DNA of 64,000 nt. Source: Blepharisma stoltei ATCC 30299 (lineage: Eukaryota; Protista; Ciliophora). Below the pieces are notes generated by a model. It was not told the origin of the DNA, made no database searches, and saw nothing but the letters and a program-made list of their open reading frames with translations. The DNA lies in contig CBFDEM010000058.1 in NCBI GenBank assembly GCA_965603825.1, positions 434,001 to 498,000 on the forward strand, read 5' to 3'. Numbering within the stretch: the first letter of the stretch is position 1; the number at the start of each line of letters is the position of its first letter. Positions 13,389-25,255 of this stretch are shown piece by piece. Both the position numbers and the translations under genes were made by a program.

Positions 13389-14987
13389 ATGGACTATTTT
13401 CAAAGAACTCCAAATGCTGTGATTTGCATTATTTTTTCCTATTTAAATTCCACAGAAGTCGCAAGACTCGCTTCGCTAAACAAATTATTTTACGAATGCA
13501 CCAGCGAATGCCTATACAACATCTTCACACAAATGGGATGGGGCAATCCAAAAATTTCAGAAGCAATTCAAGCATTTGGACAGATTTACAGTAAGCAAGT
13601 GATCGTTTATAAAGACTGGGACTCAGATCTTATCCAGCAAGTCCAATTCCCAGGGCTAAGAAGTGTTAAGGAAATCAAATTTGGGAACCTCCATACCGCG
13701 ATTCTAAAGCATGATGGAGTCGTTCTGTCAGATCTAGGAAAAAATGAAGTCACTCCCTGCATGTACAACATAAAGCAAATCGAATGCAACATGGATAGAA
13801 TTATTGGCCTTACTGAATTCAATAAAATAGAATGCTTGTCAGTCATAGGCGGGCAGCTCATAAAATCCAATTGGGAAGGTGAAGGAAAAATCACCGCGAT
13901 CGCTGTTGGAGCTTCGTTTTTTGTAGGAACTGAAGAAGGAAGAGTTTTTGCGTTCAGCGAAACCCTTTCAGCAGAAGTCAACTTTGCGACGCCTAACACA
14001 GCTGCAATTAAAGACTTAAAAGCCACTCCAAAGGTTCTGCTTATTTTAACAGTCACAGGCAAGCTTTATCAATGTGAACTTTTCAATTTTACAGCTACAC
14101 AGCTATTCCCTACAAAATTCATTGCATTGATAGCACTTGGCTATTCACACTCTATTGCTCTAGCTAGAGAAGAATTCCCACCGCTGAAAGATTGAAATTC
14201 TCAGTTTCTGTGTGAATGGATGCAAAAAGTCGGCTTTGAAGACTGCTGCAGACTAATCACAAACCATCAAATAGCAGGAAGTGAACTAGATAATATGGAT
14301 GAAAATTATCTTTTTGAGACTTTAGGGATTAAAGAAGCAAATAGAAGAAACAAATTAAATCTGGAACTCAGTAGAGTTAAAAACTCAAGTGTTTCTATTA
14401 GCTGTGAACTATATGGCTGGGGCAAAAATTTAGAAATGCAAATTTGTACAGATACAAATATAGTGAAAAAGCCAGTGAAAATGAATTTACCTGAGTTTTA
14501 CGCTGAAGAAACTATTAAAGCAATTCATTGCAATAAATTTTTTACATTTTTATTTACAAGTTTTGGAAGGATTTTTGTAAAAGGAGGAGTGCCTTTCCGA
14601 AAGCTCACAAAAGACGAAAAAAAGAATTTTGTGCACTGGAGAACAATAGAAGACAAATTTTCTCAAAATTCCAATTGCAATATTTTATCAATATCAACCT
14701 CTACATATCAAATAGGAATCATATATAAAAATTTTTCAAAGAAAACTAGAGAAAAAACAAGAATGAGCATGGGTGATGACGTATTGAATGAAATCTTGAA
14801 AAATCCAAGATGGAATCCATCAGAGTTTGTGATAGGGTATACTGACAGATTTTTAGGCATTTTAGAACTTTCCGCAATTGAATTTAGTCAAAGCGAAATT
14901 ATTAAGCATAGGATCCAATACTTCAAAAGAAATGGAGAAATTGTTTGGGATCGACGCACGAGATTAGATCTAATGAAAATAAATTAA
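13389..14987 (+). CDS. F-box + RCC1-like repeats + SAM + C-terminal MJ1316 (LENG9/DUF504-type) domain protein, 532 aa
   Basis: F-box (TPNAVICIIFSYL..EVARLASLNK); RCC1-like GNLHTAIL, GYSHSIAL, LYGWGKN; SAM starting at TGA 14193 (W-NSQFLCEWMQKVG...HQIAG..L...LGI....R.KL); MJ1316 (FVIGYTDRFLGILE...HRIQYFKRNGEIVWDRRTRLD). Confidence 0.85.
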
Positions 14988-15001
14988 AAATAAATAAAAA
15001 T

Positions 15002-16687
15002 ATGTTCAATGAAGCATATGATTTAAAAGCTGACCTGAACATATGCATGCAAACATTAAATTCAGAAAAATTTAGAGAGCTTTTAAATTTAGCAAGAATT
15101 GATTTATATAAACTGACTGACCATTTAGGGTTTAATATTTTCCACGATATCGCATCTTGTATAATAAAAGAAGAAAAACTTGCTGAATATTTAGAAATCT
15201 TAAAAAAAGCCTTTGTAGAGAGATATCCTGATGACTGGCAAACAATGATTCTCCCAATGCTGAACTCTCAGGCTGTTCATGATAGAAATTCTCCTCTGCA
15301 CTGTGCAATCCTAAATAACAGAAAAGTAAAAAATATATAGAAAATCATTGAAGAATTCATTAAATTAGGATCAAACTTTAGACTGAAAAACGTTCACGGA
15401 CAAAATGTAATGCATTTATCTGTAATTGCTGGAAATATACAACTATTAGCCTATTTCAAATACAAACACGGAATGCCTATCAATGAGCTTGATAATGATG
15501 GAAAGAGCCTTCTTCATCTCGCAATTTCGAATAATAATGAATATATTTTATCGCTACTACTAACATGGATAGACGATTTAGAGATAAAAGATAAAGAAGG
15601 CCGAACACCTTTACATGCCGCTGTGCTTTCTAGGGAATACTATTTAGTTAGAAGTCTCCTTGTTGCTGGAGCTAAAAGGAAAGCTAGAGATAACAGCGGC
15701 GTTACTCCCCTAGATTTAGCAATTCAAAATGGCGCTTTCGAGTTGATAAGGATGCTGGTAATTTAGATTTAGAAAGAACCATTAGTGATCTGCAAGCTTA
15801 ATCCTTGCCAGTCTCCATTGAAGCCTATGGAGAAGACTTTTAGTGCTTATATTTTGTATATTTTTATATTCGTATCAAGGTATGGCTTGGTGTTTTATTT
15901 TATGCTCCCTCACTATCCTGTGCATGTTATTATTATTTCTTGCATTATTTTTATTATGTCATTTTTATCTTTTTTTTTAGTCAGTTGTATGAATCCTGGA
16001 TATCTATATCAAAAGCCAGATCAAGATTTACTTGTAAGTTTAATATAGACTCTATATGAAAAAATACATCCAGAGTTTTTATGTCCGAAGTGTATAGTTA
16101 AGCGAACTAGAACTACTAAGCATTGCCAGCACTGTGGTAGATGTGTTGATCGATATGATCATCATTGTCCATGAATTCGTAATTGTGTAGGAAGAAAAAA
16201 CTATAGAGTTTTTATCTGATTTATCACTATTTGCTTGATTGACTTCACATATCATATCGTTATAAGTCTCCTCGAATTTTTCAAAGTCTTCCATAGCGAA
16301 TTTAAAAGTTTTGAGTCCAATTCAGAATTCCATAGTGCTGCGACCTTGATGATTTGTATTATAAATTTTATTTGCATGCTATTTATTATTCCAGTAGTTT
16401 ATATCCAATATACAAATATTTTAAGAAAGACGACTACACATGAAAGGTTTGCATATCATAAGGAAAACAGGTCGACATTTATAAGTATTGATATTACAAA
16501 TATGCCATCTGCAAGTGAAACAACAGAAAGGGCGTCAATAGCAATGAAAGAAGCCAATGAATTTGAAAATTTCCAAAAAATGCGTAAAGATTCAAAAATT
16601 TCATGCTGGAAAAGATTCAAAAAAAGAAAATCAAGCAACTTAAGTCTCTCAACTGTCATAGAAAAATCCCTTATTAATGATATGTAA
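15002..16687 (+). CDS. ankyrin-repeat DHHC palmitoyltransferase (ZDHHC13/17/Akr1-like)
   Basis: Ankyrin repeats; 15-nt introns 15326-15340, 15758-15772 and 16034-16048; CxxC..KHCQHCGRCVDRYDHHCP-W(TGA 16172)-IRNCVG; TTxE motif (TTHE). Confidence 0.92.
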
Positions 16688-17254
16688 ATTTTTAAGTAAT
16701 GATTTTAATTAATTTAAATTTATCTCTATCTTTTAATAGAGTTTGAAGTGATAAAATTTAATTATATTAAAATAATTTAACTTTCAGGATAAAAATTAAA
16801 CGAGAAAGAGGTTTGAAGGCCAATTTCAATTTTTGCGTAGACTTGAGATGCTAAATAAATTTCAACTGATAAGATTGTGCAATGATTAAGGATTTTAAAT
16901 TATTTTTTTAATACAATCAATATAAATAAAATAATTTTGACTGGCTCATCTTAATTTAAATTAAATCAATGAATGAGCACCATAAATCAAAAAATAAGAG
17001 TAGTAAAAATTGTAAGCCAATTTATCTGAAATCATTTTTACAATTGAGATACGGCTCAAATAATGTTTAAACTTATGAAGCTCATTATCATAATTTCTAA
17101 AAGTGCTATTAACTTCAAATTTAGTCAAAAAAGATCTATTCACTCACTTACACAAAATTAAATATTTGAGAGCAAGTAATTAGTCTTTCTATCAAAAATT
17201 TCTAAAGTAAAACGTTCACGCTTAATATTCTGAATTATTATTAGTTGAATAATT

Positions 17255-18502
17255 ATGAAGGCCATCTTAATTTGTTGTCTTTTGATTCTAGTGGCCAGCC
17301 ACGAAAGTGATTACCAAAACCTACTTTATGGAATTTTGCAAGGATCAGAACTTATCACTCCTATTACTCCTCTAAATTGTAAAACATTAATATCCCGTTT
17401 CCAAAAACCTTATTTATTTGACAGGCCTTGAAAAAAGGTGATTTCTGATACAAGCGTGCTTTCAGAAACTTGCGGATTTAATGCTGCTTATGAGACTTTG
17501 CAAGGCTTTATGCAATTTCCTCAAATTTTTGAAAAATTCCTTATAAAACTTGATGATTCTATTGAAAATGATAGACTTTTCCCTGAAAGCAACCTACAAA
17601 AATACGGGATATCAGTAGGAATGATTATGAAGCCCTTTTTGGCTTTGGTTATACCTACTGTGCTGGACTTTGAGTTTTCTAACAAATTTATGTCCTTGAA
17701 ATCAGGAAAGCATCCTATAGCGATTTTTCATGGCCTAGGTGATAGCTGTTATTACTCGGGAAATATTGAATTTACAGAATACATTCGCAAAAACGTTGGA
17801 ACCTATACAAAATGCGTTGAAATTGGAGATGGGTCTAACAGCAGCTGGCTTGAGCCTTTCCAATCGCAAGCAATTCAAGCATGCGAAAGAATTAAAGAAG
17901 AAACAGAATATTCTAATGGACTTAGCATTATTGGCTTATCTCAAGGTGGATTAATTGCAAGATATATTGCAGAAGCATGTGGAGTTCCAGTTCATGTAAT
18001 TGTAACAATAGGAACACCTCATATGGGAGTAGCAACCATGCCCTATTGTTTAAATGGATTTTACTGTGATGTCATAAATGATGTCACTAGTAAAGATGCC
18101 TATGGTCTTTTTAGTCAAAGTAATATAGGGCCTCCTGGGTACTTTAATGACCCAAATAATTACGAAAGCTATTTAGAAAATAGCAGTTTCTTAGCTGATT
18201 TGAATAATGAGAAATTTATCAATACCACTTTTATAGAGAAAATGCAAAGCCTGAACCATTTAGTTCTCATTAAATTTACAGAGGATTCTGCAATTTCTCC
18301 AATAGAAAGTGCATGGTTTGGGTACTTTGAAGGGGGAAATGTCGTCCCCTTTAATCAAACTAAAAGCTATTTAAAAAACACACTTGGACTACAGCAACTT
18401 TATTCCGAAAATAAGCTTCATTTTATTGAGATCGAAGGTGAGCATTTAAATTTCAATGAAGAAGAGTTTACGGAACTGATTTTACCTTATCTTTTGGATT
18501 AA
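17255..18502 (+). CDS. PPT1: palmitoyl-protein thioesterase 1-like, with signal peptide and an extra N-terminal domain, 415 aa
   Basis: ATG 17255 (MKAILICCLLILVA) in frame via one TGA; HGLGDSC, GLSQGG (Ser), EDSAISP (Asp), GEHL (His). Confidence 0.88.
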
Positions 18503-19377
18503 TTTAATAGTTAAATTCGAAGCCACTTTAATTAACTCTATTTTTAAACTAATCCTGCTATAAATTGTTATAAATCTACATTCTTTATATATATTAATGA
18601 TAAAAATGCATTAAAGCGAAGTGGACAGTTTCACTTATCTGCCCAGCCAATTTAAAAAATAAATTATTTTATTATTCCTTTTTTTGTTTTTTGCAATCTT
18701 TTCCTTGTCTGTTATTCTCAAGTCTTAGCAAGCGTTTACCAAAATATTCTCAAGTTTTCAATAACTCTACCTCTCGAAATCAACATTTCTGAATGTTTTA
18801 TGACTTAAGAAAAAGCCAAGCAGTTTTCGGCTTTCTCTCTAATTTAAGCCTTCCAATGAAGAAACAGCAACCACTAGCATTTTTTTCGAAATTCGCACAA
18901 AAAAGTGTATAAGTATGATGGTAGATGACGAAAATACCAAAAATATTAATTATTATGAATAGAATAAAGAGTTATGAGTGGAGAAAGGTACTCCTTATCG
19001 ATTTTTTCCAATTATTTATACACAATAAGAAACATATGATAAGAATGATGCTGCTGCCGAGTATTTGCAGCTGTCATAAACAATTTAAAAAATTATGACT
19101 TGTTCTATAATTAGGTTTTATTGACAATACCTTATATGATACAATAAATAAATAAAAAATAAAAATTTATTAACCAAGAACAATATGGTGTTAGGAATTT
19201 TTGTTGACTATAGATTTAATGAGACTAGGCTGTGGTAAAAATTAAAAGCGTTTTCTCTTTTAAATCAAAATTAAATCACTATTAAAAGTTGTTTAATTAT
19301 CGATTTCATATTCTAGAAATTATATTAAAGTTATCATAATCACTGATCATAATCTTTTCATTTTAAGAGTTAATTTA

Positions 19378-20742
19378 CTATATAAGCGCTTTTGAGTTAT
19401 CAAGAGTATCGAGGAGCATCACCCAAACAGATTGCAATTTTGTATTATTTTCCATAATTTTAGTTGAGAACTCACAAAAATTGTTAAAAGCTAAAAGTAA
19501 AAGCGCATTAGAAACTTTCATGCTTTGTGTCCTAGACTGATTATTAAAAATGCCATATCTTTGCTTAGTCAGGTTTATAAGGTCTAAAAGATCTTTTCCA
19601 GCTGGCTTATTTTTTTCTAAAAGATTTTTTTGTTTATTTGCGTTTTTTACATAATCCTGATATACTTGATCTTTTTCTTTAATCAAATCAATTAAAACTG
19701 AGGGCTGATGTGATGAGTATTTTAAAACAGCAGCTAAATATTGATTTATAATACTACTTTGATTTTTATTTATTTCTGCCCATTTTGAAAAGCTCTCTGA
19801 AGCCTTTCCATATAGATGCTTTTCTAATTTTAGATTTGGCGAAAAAATTTCAGGTAATTTTTCTAAACTTTTTGAAATTTCCGAAAAATTGACTATTGAA
19901 GAATTTAAAGCTGCTATTTGGTTTGCAATTTTTCCTGCTTCTTTAGACAATTTTTGAATTAAATTGGTATAGCGAGTAAAATATTCATTGATTCTTGGAT
20001 AAAATTCATCATTTATATTATAATCGCAATTTATCATTCCATCTACAGAAAATATTCCTGTTAAATTAGCGCTTTTTCTCAATTTATTACTAGTCTGCTT
20101 TTTAAAGTCTTTAAATTCTTCAGGGTTTTCTTCTTTAAGAAATTTAATAAAAATGGGGCTTCTTTTGACAAATTCAAAAGAATTCAAAGCTTCTAAAAAA
20201 AATTCTAAAAATTTTTGCTGCTTTCCTAATTGAGAATCAGAAAATTTTACTTTGCATTTTTTATTTGGCAAATTTGGAATGTAATAGCTAGGAAATTGAA
20301 CAGCCAAAGCATCTCGAAGCCATATAAAATCTGGATATTTTCTGTTAACGTTTCATCCTATAGGTAAGGTGAGAACAGAGTAATCAATATGATATGATAT
20401 TGATTTCCTATCTAGTCCGGGATCAGAAATTGAGATTAGCATTTTAGTTGCTTGGCCTGTCAATTCAGTAGGAAGTAATTCTTGACAACCAATTGTGTCA
20501 TAAAGGCATTCCTGGCTATCAATGTTTTGACTACTTTCTGAAGTGCTATCGTGCTTTGAGTATAAAATTTGAAAATTCTCTACACAATTTTGAAGCTCTT
20601 CGAATGTCCAATTATCAATATCTGAACTCTTCACTTTTTCGCAATATGAAATAAATGTTTCAGAATCAAAATTTTTCCCGATAATTTCATCATGCAAATA
20701 TTCTTGCTTGGCCTTTCTCTGAGCTTCAATTTCACTCTCCAT
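19378..20742 (-). CDS. PX-domain sorting nexin with BAR-like helical C-terminus, 454 aa
   Basis: TGA 20353 reads as PIG-W-NVNRKYPDFIWLRDAL..FP...IP.LP.K, the PX signature. Confidence 0.85.
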
Positions 20743-20759
20743 TTATACCAAATATTTAT

Positions 20760-22817
20760 TTAAATCTTTAAACTTTTACTTTTAATTAATAGCCTGCTTA
20801 TTATAAGTGAAATTCCAAATCCTAAAGAAATTCCAAAAACTGGGACATAATGCATAGGATGAATGCTTGGGATGCTTTTCTTTATATTATTAGGATTAGG
20901 ATATCCCCATTGTTTCCAATTATTCGTTAACAATGTGTCATTGATAGATTTGCTTGGCAGCCAGTCCCTGATATATTTTCTTTTCCACCAATTTTTTGGT
21001 TTATTTTTTAAAATAGCATTACTGAGTCCTTCTATAAAAGTTTCTTTGCCATTTTTCCATTCATGCCCTTCATATGTAGTAAAATTATAATTGTACATTT
21101 GAATTCTTATATAATTTGGAGGATTTTCTTCAAATGGATTTTTTTCAAGTAAGGTATTCACACTTGGGCTACTATAAAAGAGCCTATTTAATAATGCAAC
21201 CATTCAAGGAGAGTTTCTTAAGTCTCCTAAAGCGGCAAACCACATTTGCCAGTCAAGACGTGGCTGATGAGGGATGTTAATTTTTGGTGAGAGTGTAATA
21301 TTTTGGGGTTTATATGTAAATTCGTAGTCTTTTCATGCTTTTTGGTCATAAGACCCTTGTATGATTAATTCAGGTCTGCCACCGACCCCAGTCATTCTTC
21401 GAAAGAGTCCATATGAATTTGTTAATTGGTAAGGAGATGTTCATTCATATGATTTTTCTATAATCATAGGGGTAGGCAAAATAAGTCCTTTATAATTGCT
21501 GTCAATACCTAAAAGGAATGGTGATAAACTTGAGCAATAAATAATTATCAAAATTAATAATGGAGGAATGCTAAGAGGGATTTGCTTTAGATGGTGAATT
21601 AGATAGCGCCCTGTATTTATGATAATAAAAATTGGAACCAAAGAAAGAGCATAAAGAAAATAAGGATGATTTAACTGATTGAAAATTACAATTTTTCTTT
21701 GCTGTGAAAGAGTTCAGTCAAGCTTTCCTTTCATTAGAGTATTAGGATTGAGAAAGAAGTATATAATTAAAGTTGAGAATAAAATCTAAATAGATATTAC
21801 TCAGGAAAGGTGATGCAATATTCAATGTTTTTCTCTTTTTACTTTTAGTTCGATAACAGGAAATCCCAAAATTTTCCCCAAAAATTTAATTAGCCACTTG
21901 AAATTTAATAAAAAATAATCATCTAGCATTGCGATAAGCCTAATTTATTTTTACAGCCCTATGGTCAAAATATTAAAAAAATTGTAATTCCCACTAGCAA
22001 GTATTAAAATTTGAGCTAAAAATTGCATCAAAACTCCAAAGATTCTAAGGTATCTTAAAGGAGAGTAGTATAAAATTGAAGTAAAAATCATTGAAAAATA
22101 AGCAAATCCGACAGATAATCTTTGAATTATATGAGGAAGTTGATGGAAATATCATGAAAAAGGTGTAGGCAAACATTGTGTTTCATAATGATAAAAAAGT
22201 GCAGATAAATTCCATCAAGTTGGGCATTCAGATAGCAATTTAACATTTCCACTGCTAAAAATATATCTAAATGACAGTCATCTAAGCATTTCTCTTGCAA
22301 ATAATTGTATAAAACTAGTGCTTTCTGCGCTTTGGAATATTGGAATCCTAGCATAAAATATCATTAAAAAGCCTGATTCTATAATTAAAATATCCCATTG
22401 AAACGATAAAAATGTTCTACCAATTGAAAAAAATGTATAAAAACATACCCAAAGAACCATAAAAGAGACCGCATTATTAAATCTATTGGTAAATAAACAA
22501 AGATTTGAAAAAATGATCCCAATCATGCATATCTATATAAAATTTACAATGTACATTGTCGTATCAGTGTCAGAAAAATCCAAAAGTATTGGAAATATTG
22601 ACTTCAAAAAATCAAGGATATGTAAGGAATCCCAATATAAAAAAGGAAGATGATAATTATTTGCGGTAGCATGGTCAACTACTATTTTTGCTGGCAAAAT
22701 TCCATCTGAGCCTCAAAGTCCTGCAATTTGCACGTAGTTCGAAATAAAAGCAGATAAATAGCAAAATGCAAAAATTTTGGTCACAAGTCCACGCTGTATC
22801 GTGATTTCAAGATCCAT
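20760..22817 (-). CDS. lipase maturation factor family membrane protein (LMF2-like)
   Basis: [53 protein letters not shown] and [13 protein letters not shown] motifs; introns 22533-22547, 21940-21954, 21786-21800 and probably 21675-21689; many TGA=Trp. Confidence 0.9.
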
Positions 22818-22838
22818 ATTCTATCCTTAAATTTAATT

Positions 22839-24875
22839 ATGGATTTTGGAGGCGTTATTTCAGTTGAAAATTTTGATCCTACTTCTCACACAGCTATAGA
22901 TTCCCCTCGCTCTCTCGAAGCTTGCAAAAAGCATGGCATCGAGCCTTCTGAGCTATTCCAACTTTCCCGAAATCAAGCTACTAAAAAGCTTGGCATAAAT
23001 GCCCCGTCAGATATGATAGATTTATACATAGAAAGATATGAACTTCGCCGTCAAAAAGAAGTAGAGCTTGTAAAGAGTGAAAGGAAAAATCTTATGAGGA
23101 CCTCTTCAACAAATTCATCCAGATCAGTTTCAAGACATCACTCAAAAAGCACATTTTTAATCCAAGAAGAAGAAAAACAATTAGAAAAATTAAAACGAAA
23201 AAGAGAAATTGAAGTAGCGCAGCTATATGAACAAGAAAGAATCAAACAAGAACTATTATCAAAATTTTCAGAAAAAGAAAGAAAGGCTCAAGAAAGAGAA
23301 TATGAAAGGAAAAAGAAACTAGAACAAGAGAGAAAAATGAGGGAAGTTAAAAGCCTGCAGGAAGTGGAAAGGAAAAGAATGGAAGAAGAAAATTTTCAAA
23401 TGGAAATTAAACGGAAGCAGAATGAGCAATTTCAACAAGAGCAGATGAGGTTAAGAGAAAAGGCGAAAATGGAAAAAAGGATGAAAAAAGAAGCCAAGGC
23501 AAGGGATGATGAATTAAAGAGAAGACAAGAAATGCTAAAGCAGCAAACTATGGAAATCGAAAGCCAGCAGCATCAAATGATTGAAAGTAAAAGAAAAGAA
23601 ATGATGCATAGAGAAAAACAGAGACTAAAGTCTTTGCAGTTAAAACAGAAAAGGCTGAAAGAAGAAAACGATTTAAAGCAAAAAGAAAAAGATGAAAGGA
23701 TTATGCTAGCTAAAACAAACTTGGAAAATTTAACAAAAGAAAAGCTGAAAGAATATAAAAGAAAAGAAGAAATGGCTGAGATGAAGAGAAGACATTTTGA
23801 AAAGAAAAGAGAAGCTTTAAAAAAGCTAGTTCAAGAACAGTCAGAAAGAAAAAAAATAGAAATTCAGCAGGTCATTGAAAATAATCAAGAGATGATTGAA
23901 GCTAGAAAAAATGATTATTTAAATAGCATGAAAGAAGCTGAATTAAGAAAAAAAATACAAGAAAGGCAGAAAAAAGAAGAATTAGAGCGCAAAAGAGAAG
24001 AAGAAAAAATAAAAGAAATGGAAAGGCAGTTCGTAAAAGAAAGATGCAATCAAATTGAAATGGAAAGAATTAAAGAAATTAAATTCAAGCAAAAATTAGC
24101 AGATAAAAAGCTGAGAAAACTAAATAAAATGAAAGACGAAGAACGAAAGCGTGAAGAAATCTTAAAGGAAATAAAAAATATTGAAAAACAAGATGAAATT
24201 AAACGAATTGAAAGAAAACAAGAATATCAAAGAGAAATGGTAAGGAAAAAGCTTCAGCAAGAAAATGAAAGGATAAATAATTTAATGAAAGAAAGAGAAA
24301 GAATCTACCAATCACGTCAAAAGGTTCGTTCTCAAATTGAGATGGAAAAAACAAAAATTGCAGAAAAGTTCAATTCATCGAGAAATAAAGGCGATTCACA
24401 ATTTCTCCTATCTTATGAAAACTCAATGGTTTCTACTGGAGATCAGTTCAATACTGCTTTAGAAAAGAAAAAAGCTTCTTCAGCTAAAAGCAACAGACTA
24501 ATAATAAAAGCTTTCTCAAAGCAAAGCCACGAATCGTCTAGAAGAACTTTTCATTCTCCAAAGCCTCTATCTGCAACAAGCCCAAACCGATATAAATCAA
24601 CCAAAGAGAAAATGAAAGCGGAAGCCAAAAAGATTATAAAAGAACTACAAAAGAAAAGCAGAAAGTCAATGAGAAGGATACTCAAAGAAGAAGTAAAAAG
24701 AGAAGAAGAACGACAGGCAATTTTAGATTCGATAAGGGATCCTGGGGAAAGAAAAAGAATTAATTTTATTTTTGATGAAGAAAAAGAAAGATGTGAAGAA
24801 CAAAAAAAAGAAATTAAGAGAAAATTAAAAGATGATGTCCAGAGAGTCTCTATGATGTATCATAGCTTGGAATAA
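22839..24875 (+). CDS. long charged coiled-coil protein with N-terminal 'DSPRSLEAC..GI.P.EL' motif, 678 aa
   Basis: Uninterrupted E/K/R-rich ORF. Confidence 0.85.
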   Translation: MDFGGVISVENFDPTSHTAIDSPRSLEACKKHGIEPSELFQLSRNQATKKLGINAPSDMIDLYIERYELRRQKEVELVKSERKNLMRTSSTNSSRSVSRHHSKSTFLIQEEEKQLEKLKRKREIEVAQLYEQERIKQELLSKFSEKERKAQEREYERKKKLEQERKMREVKSLQEVERKRMEEENFQMEIKRKQNEQFQQEQMRLREKAKMEKRMKKEAKARDDELKRRQEMLKQQTMEIESQQHQMIESKRKEMMHREKQRLKSLQLKQKRLKEENDLKQKEKDERIMLAKTNLENLTKEKLKEYKRKEEMAEMKRRHFEKKREALKKLVQEQSERKKIEIQQVIENNQEMIEARKNDYLNSMKEAELRKKIQERQKKEELERKREEEKIKEMERQFVKERCNQIEMERIKEIKFKQKLADKKLRKLNKMKDEERKREEILKEIKNIEKQDEIKRIERKQEYQREMVRKKLQQENERINNLMKERERIYQSRQKVRSQIEMEKTKIAEKFNSSRNKGDSQFLLSYENSMVSTGDQFNTALEKKKASSAKSNRLIIKAFSKQSHESSRRTFHSPKPLSATSPNRYKSTKEKMKAEAKKIIKELQKKSRKSMRRILKEEVKREEERQAILDSIRDPGERKRINFIFDEEKERCEEQKKEIKRKLKDDVQRVSMMYHSLE

Positions 24876-25255
24876 GAAATGGGATATAGGATAGTAATAT
24901 AATTTATATTAATTAAATATTTCATGAGTGTTATGAATTAAAATTTATTTTATAATACTCAAATTATAAAAATAATATCTTTTCCTTGAAAATCAATATT
25001 TTTCTTGGTGTTAATATATATGCACCAAATAGCGCACGTGGCTATAGCTTTATTTTAATTTTTTCAATTAAATATTCAAGCCCTTTACAAGTTCTTAATA
25101 ATCTAATTCATAATTAATAAAACCATTTATTTATAAAATTCCTGCAAACGCTTCAAATCGGAAAATTTTGTGTTATCACATTTCCTGATTATTGAATGCT
25201 TATATCTATTAAGTCTTACTAAACATATTTTCTGCCATCAAAATTATACAATTTA

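Noticed and set aside
18614-18624. 11-nt match to the start of the tRNA-iMet locus (aagcgaagtgg)
   Set aside because: Too short, with no cloverleaf; probably chance.
18670-19100. Protein-like minus-strand fragments in the intergenic region
   Set aside because: Multiple TAA/TAG codons and no consistent intron model; neither a gene nor a pseudogene can be supported.
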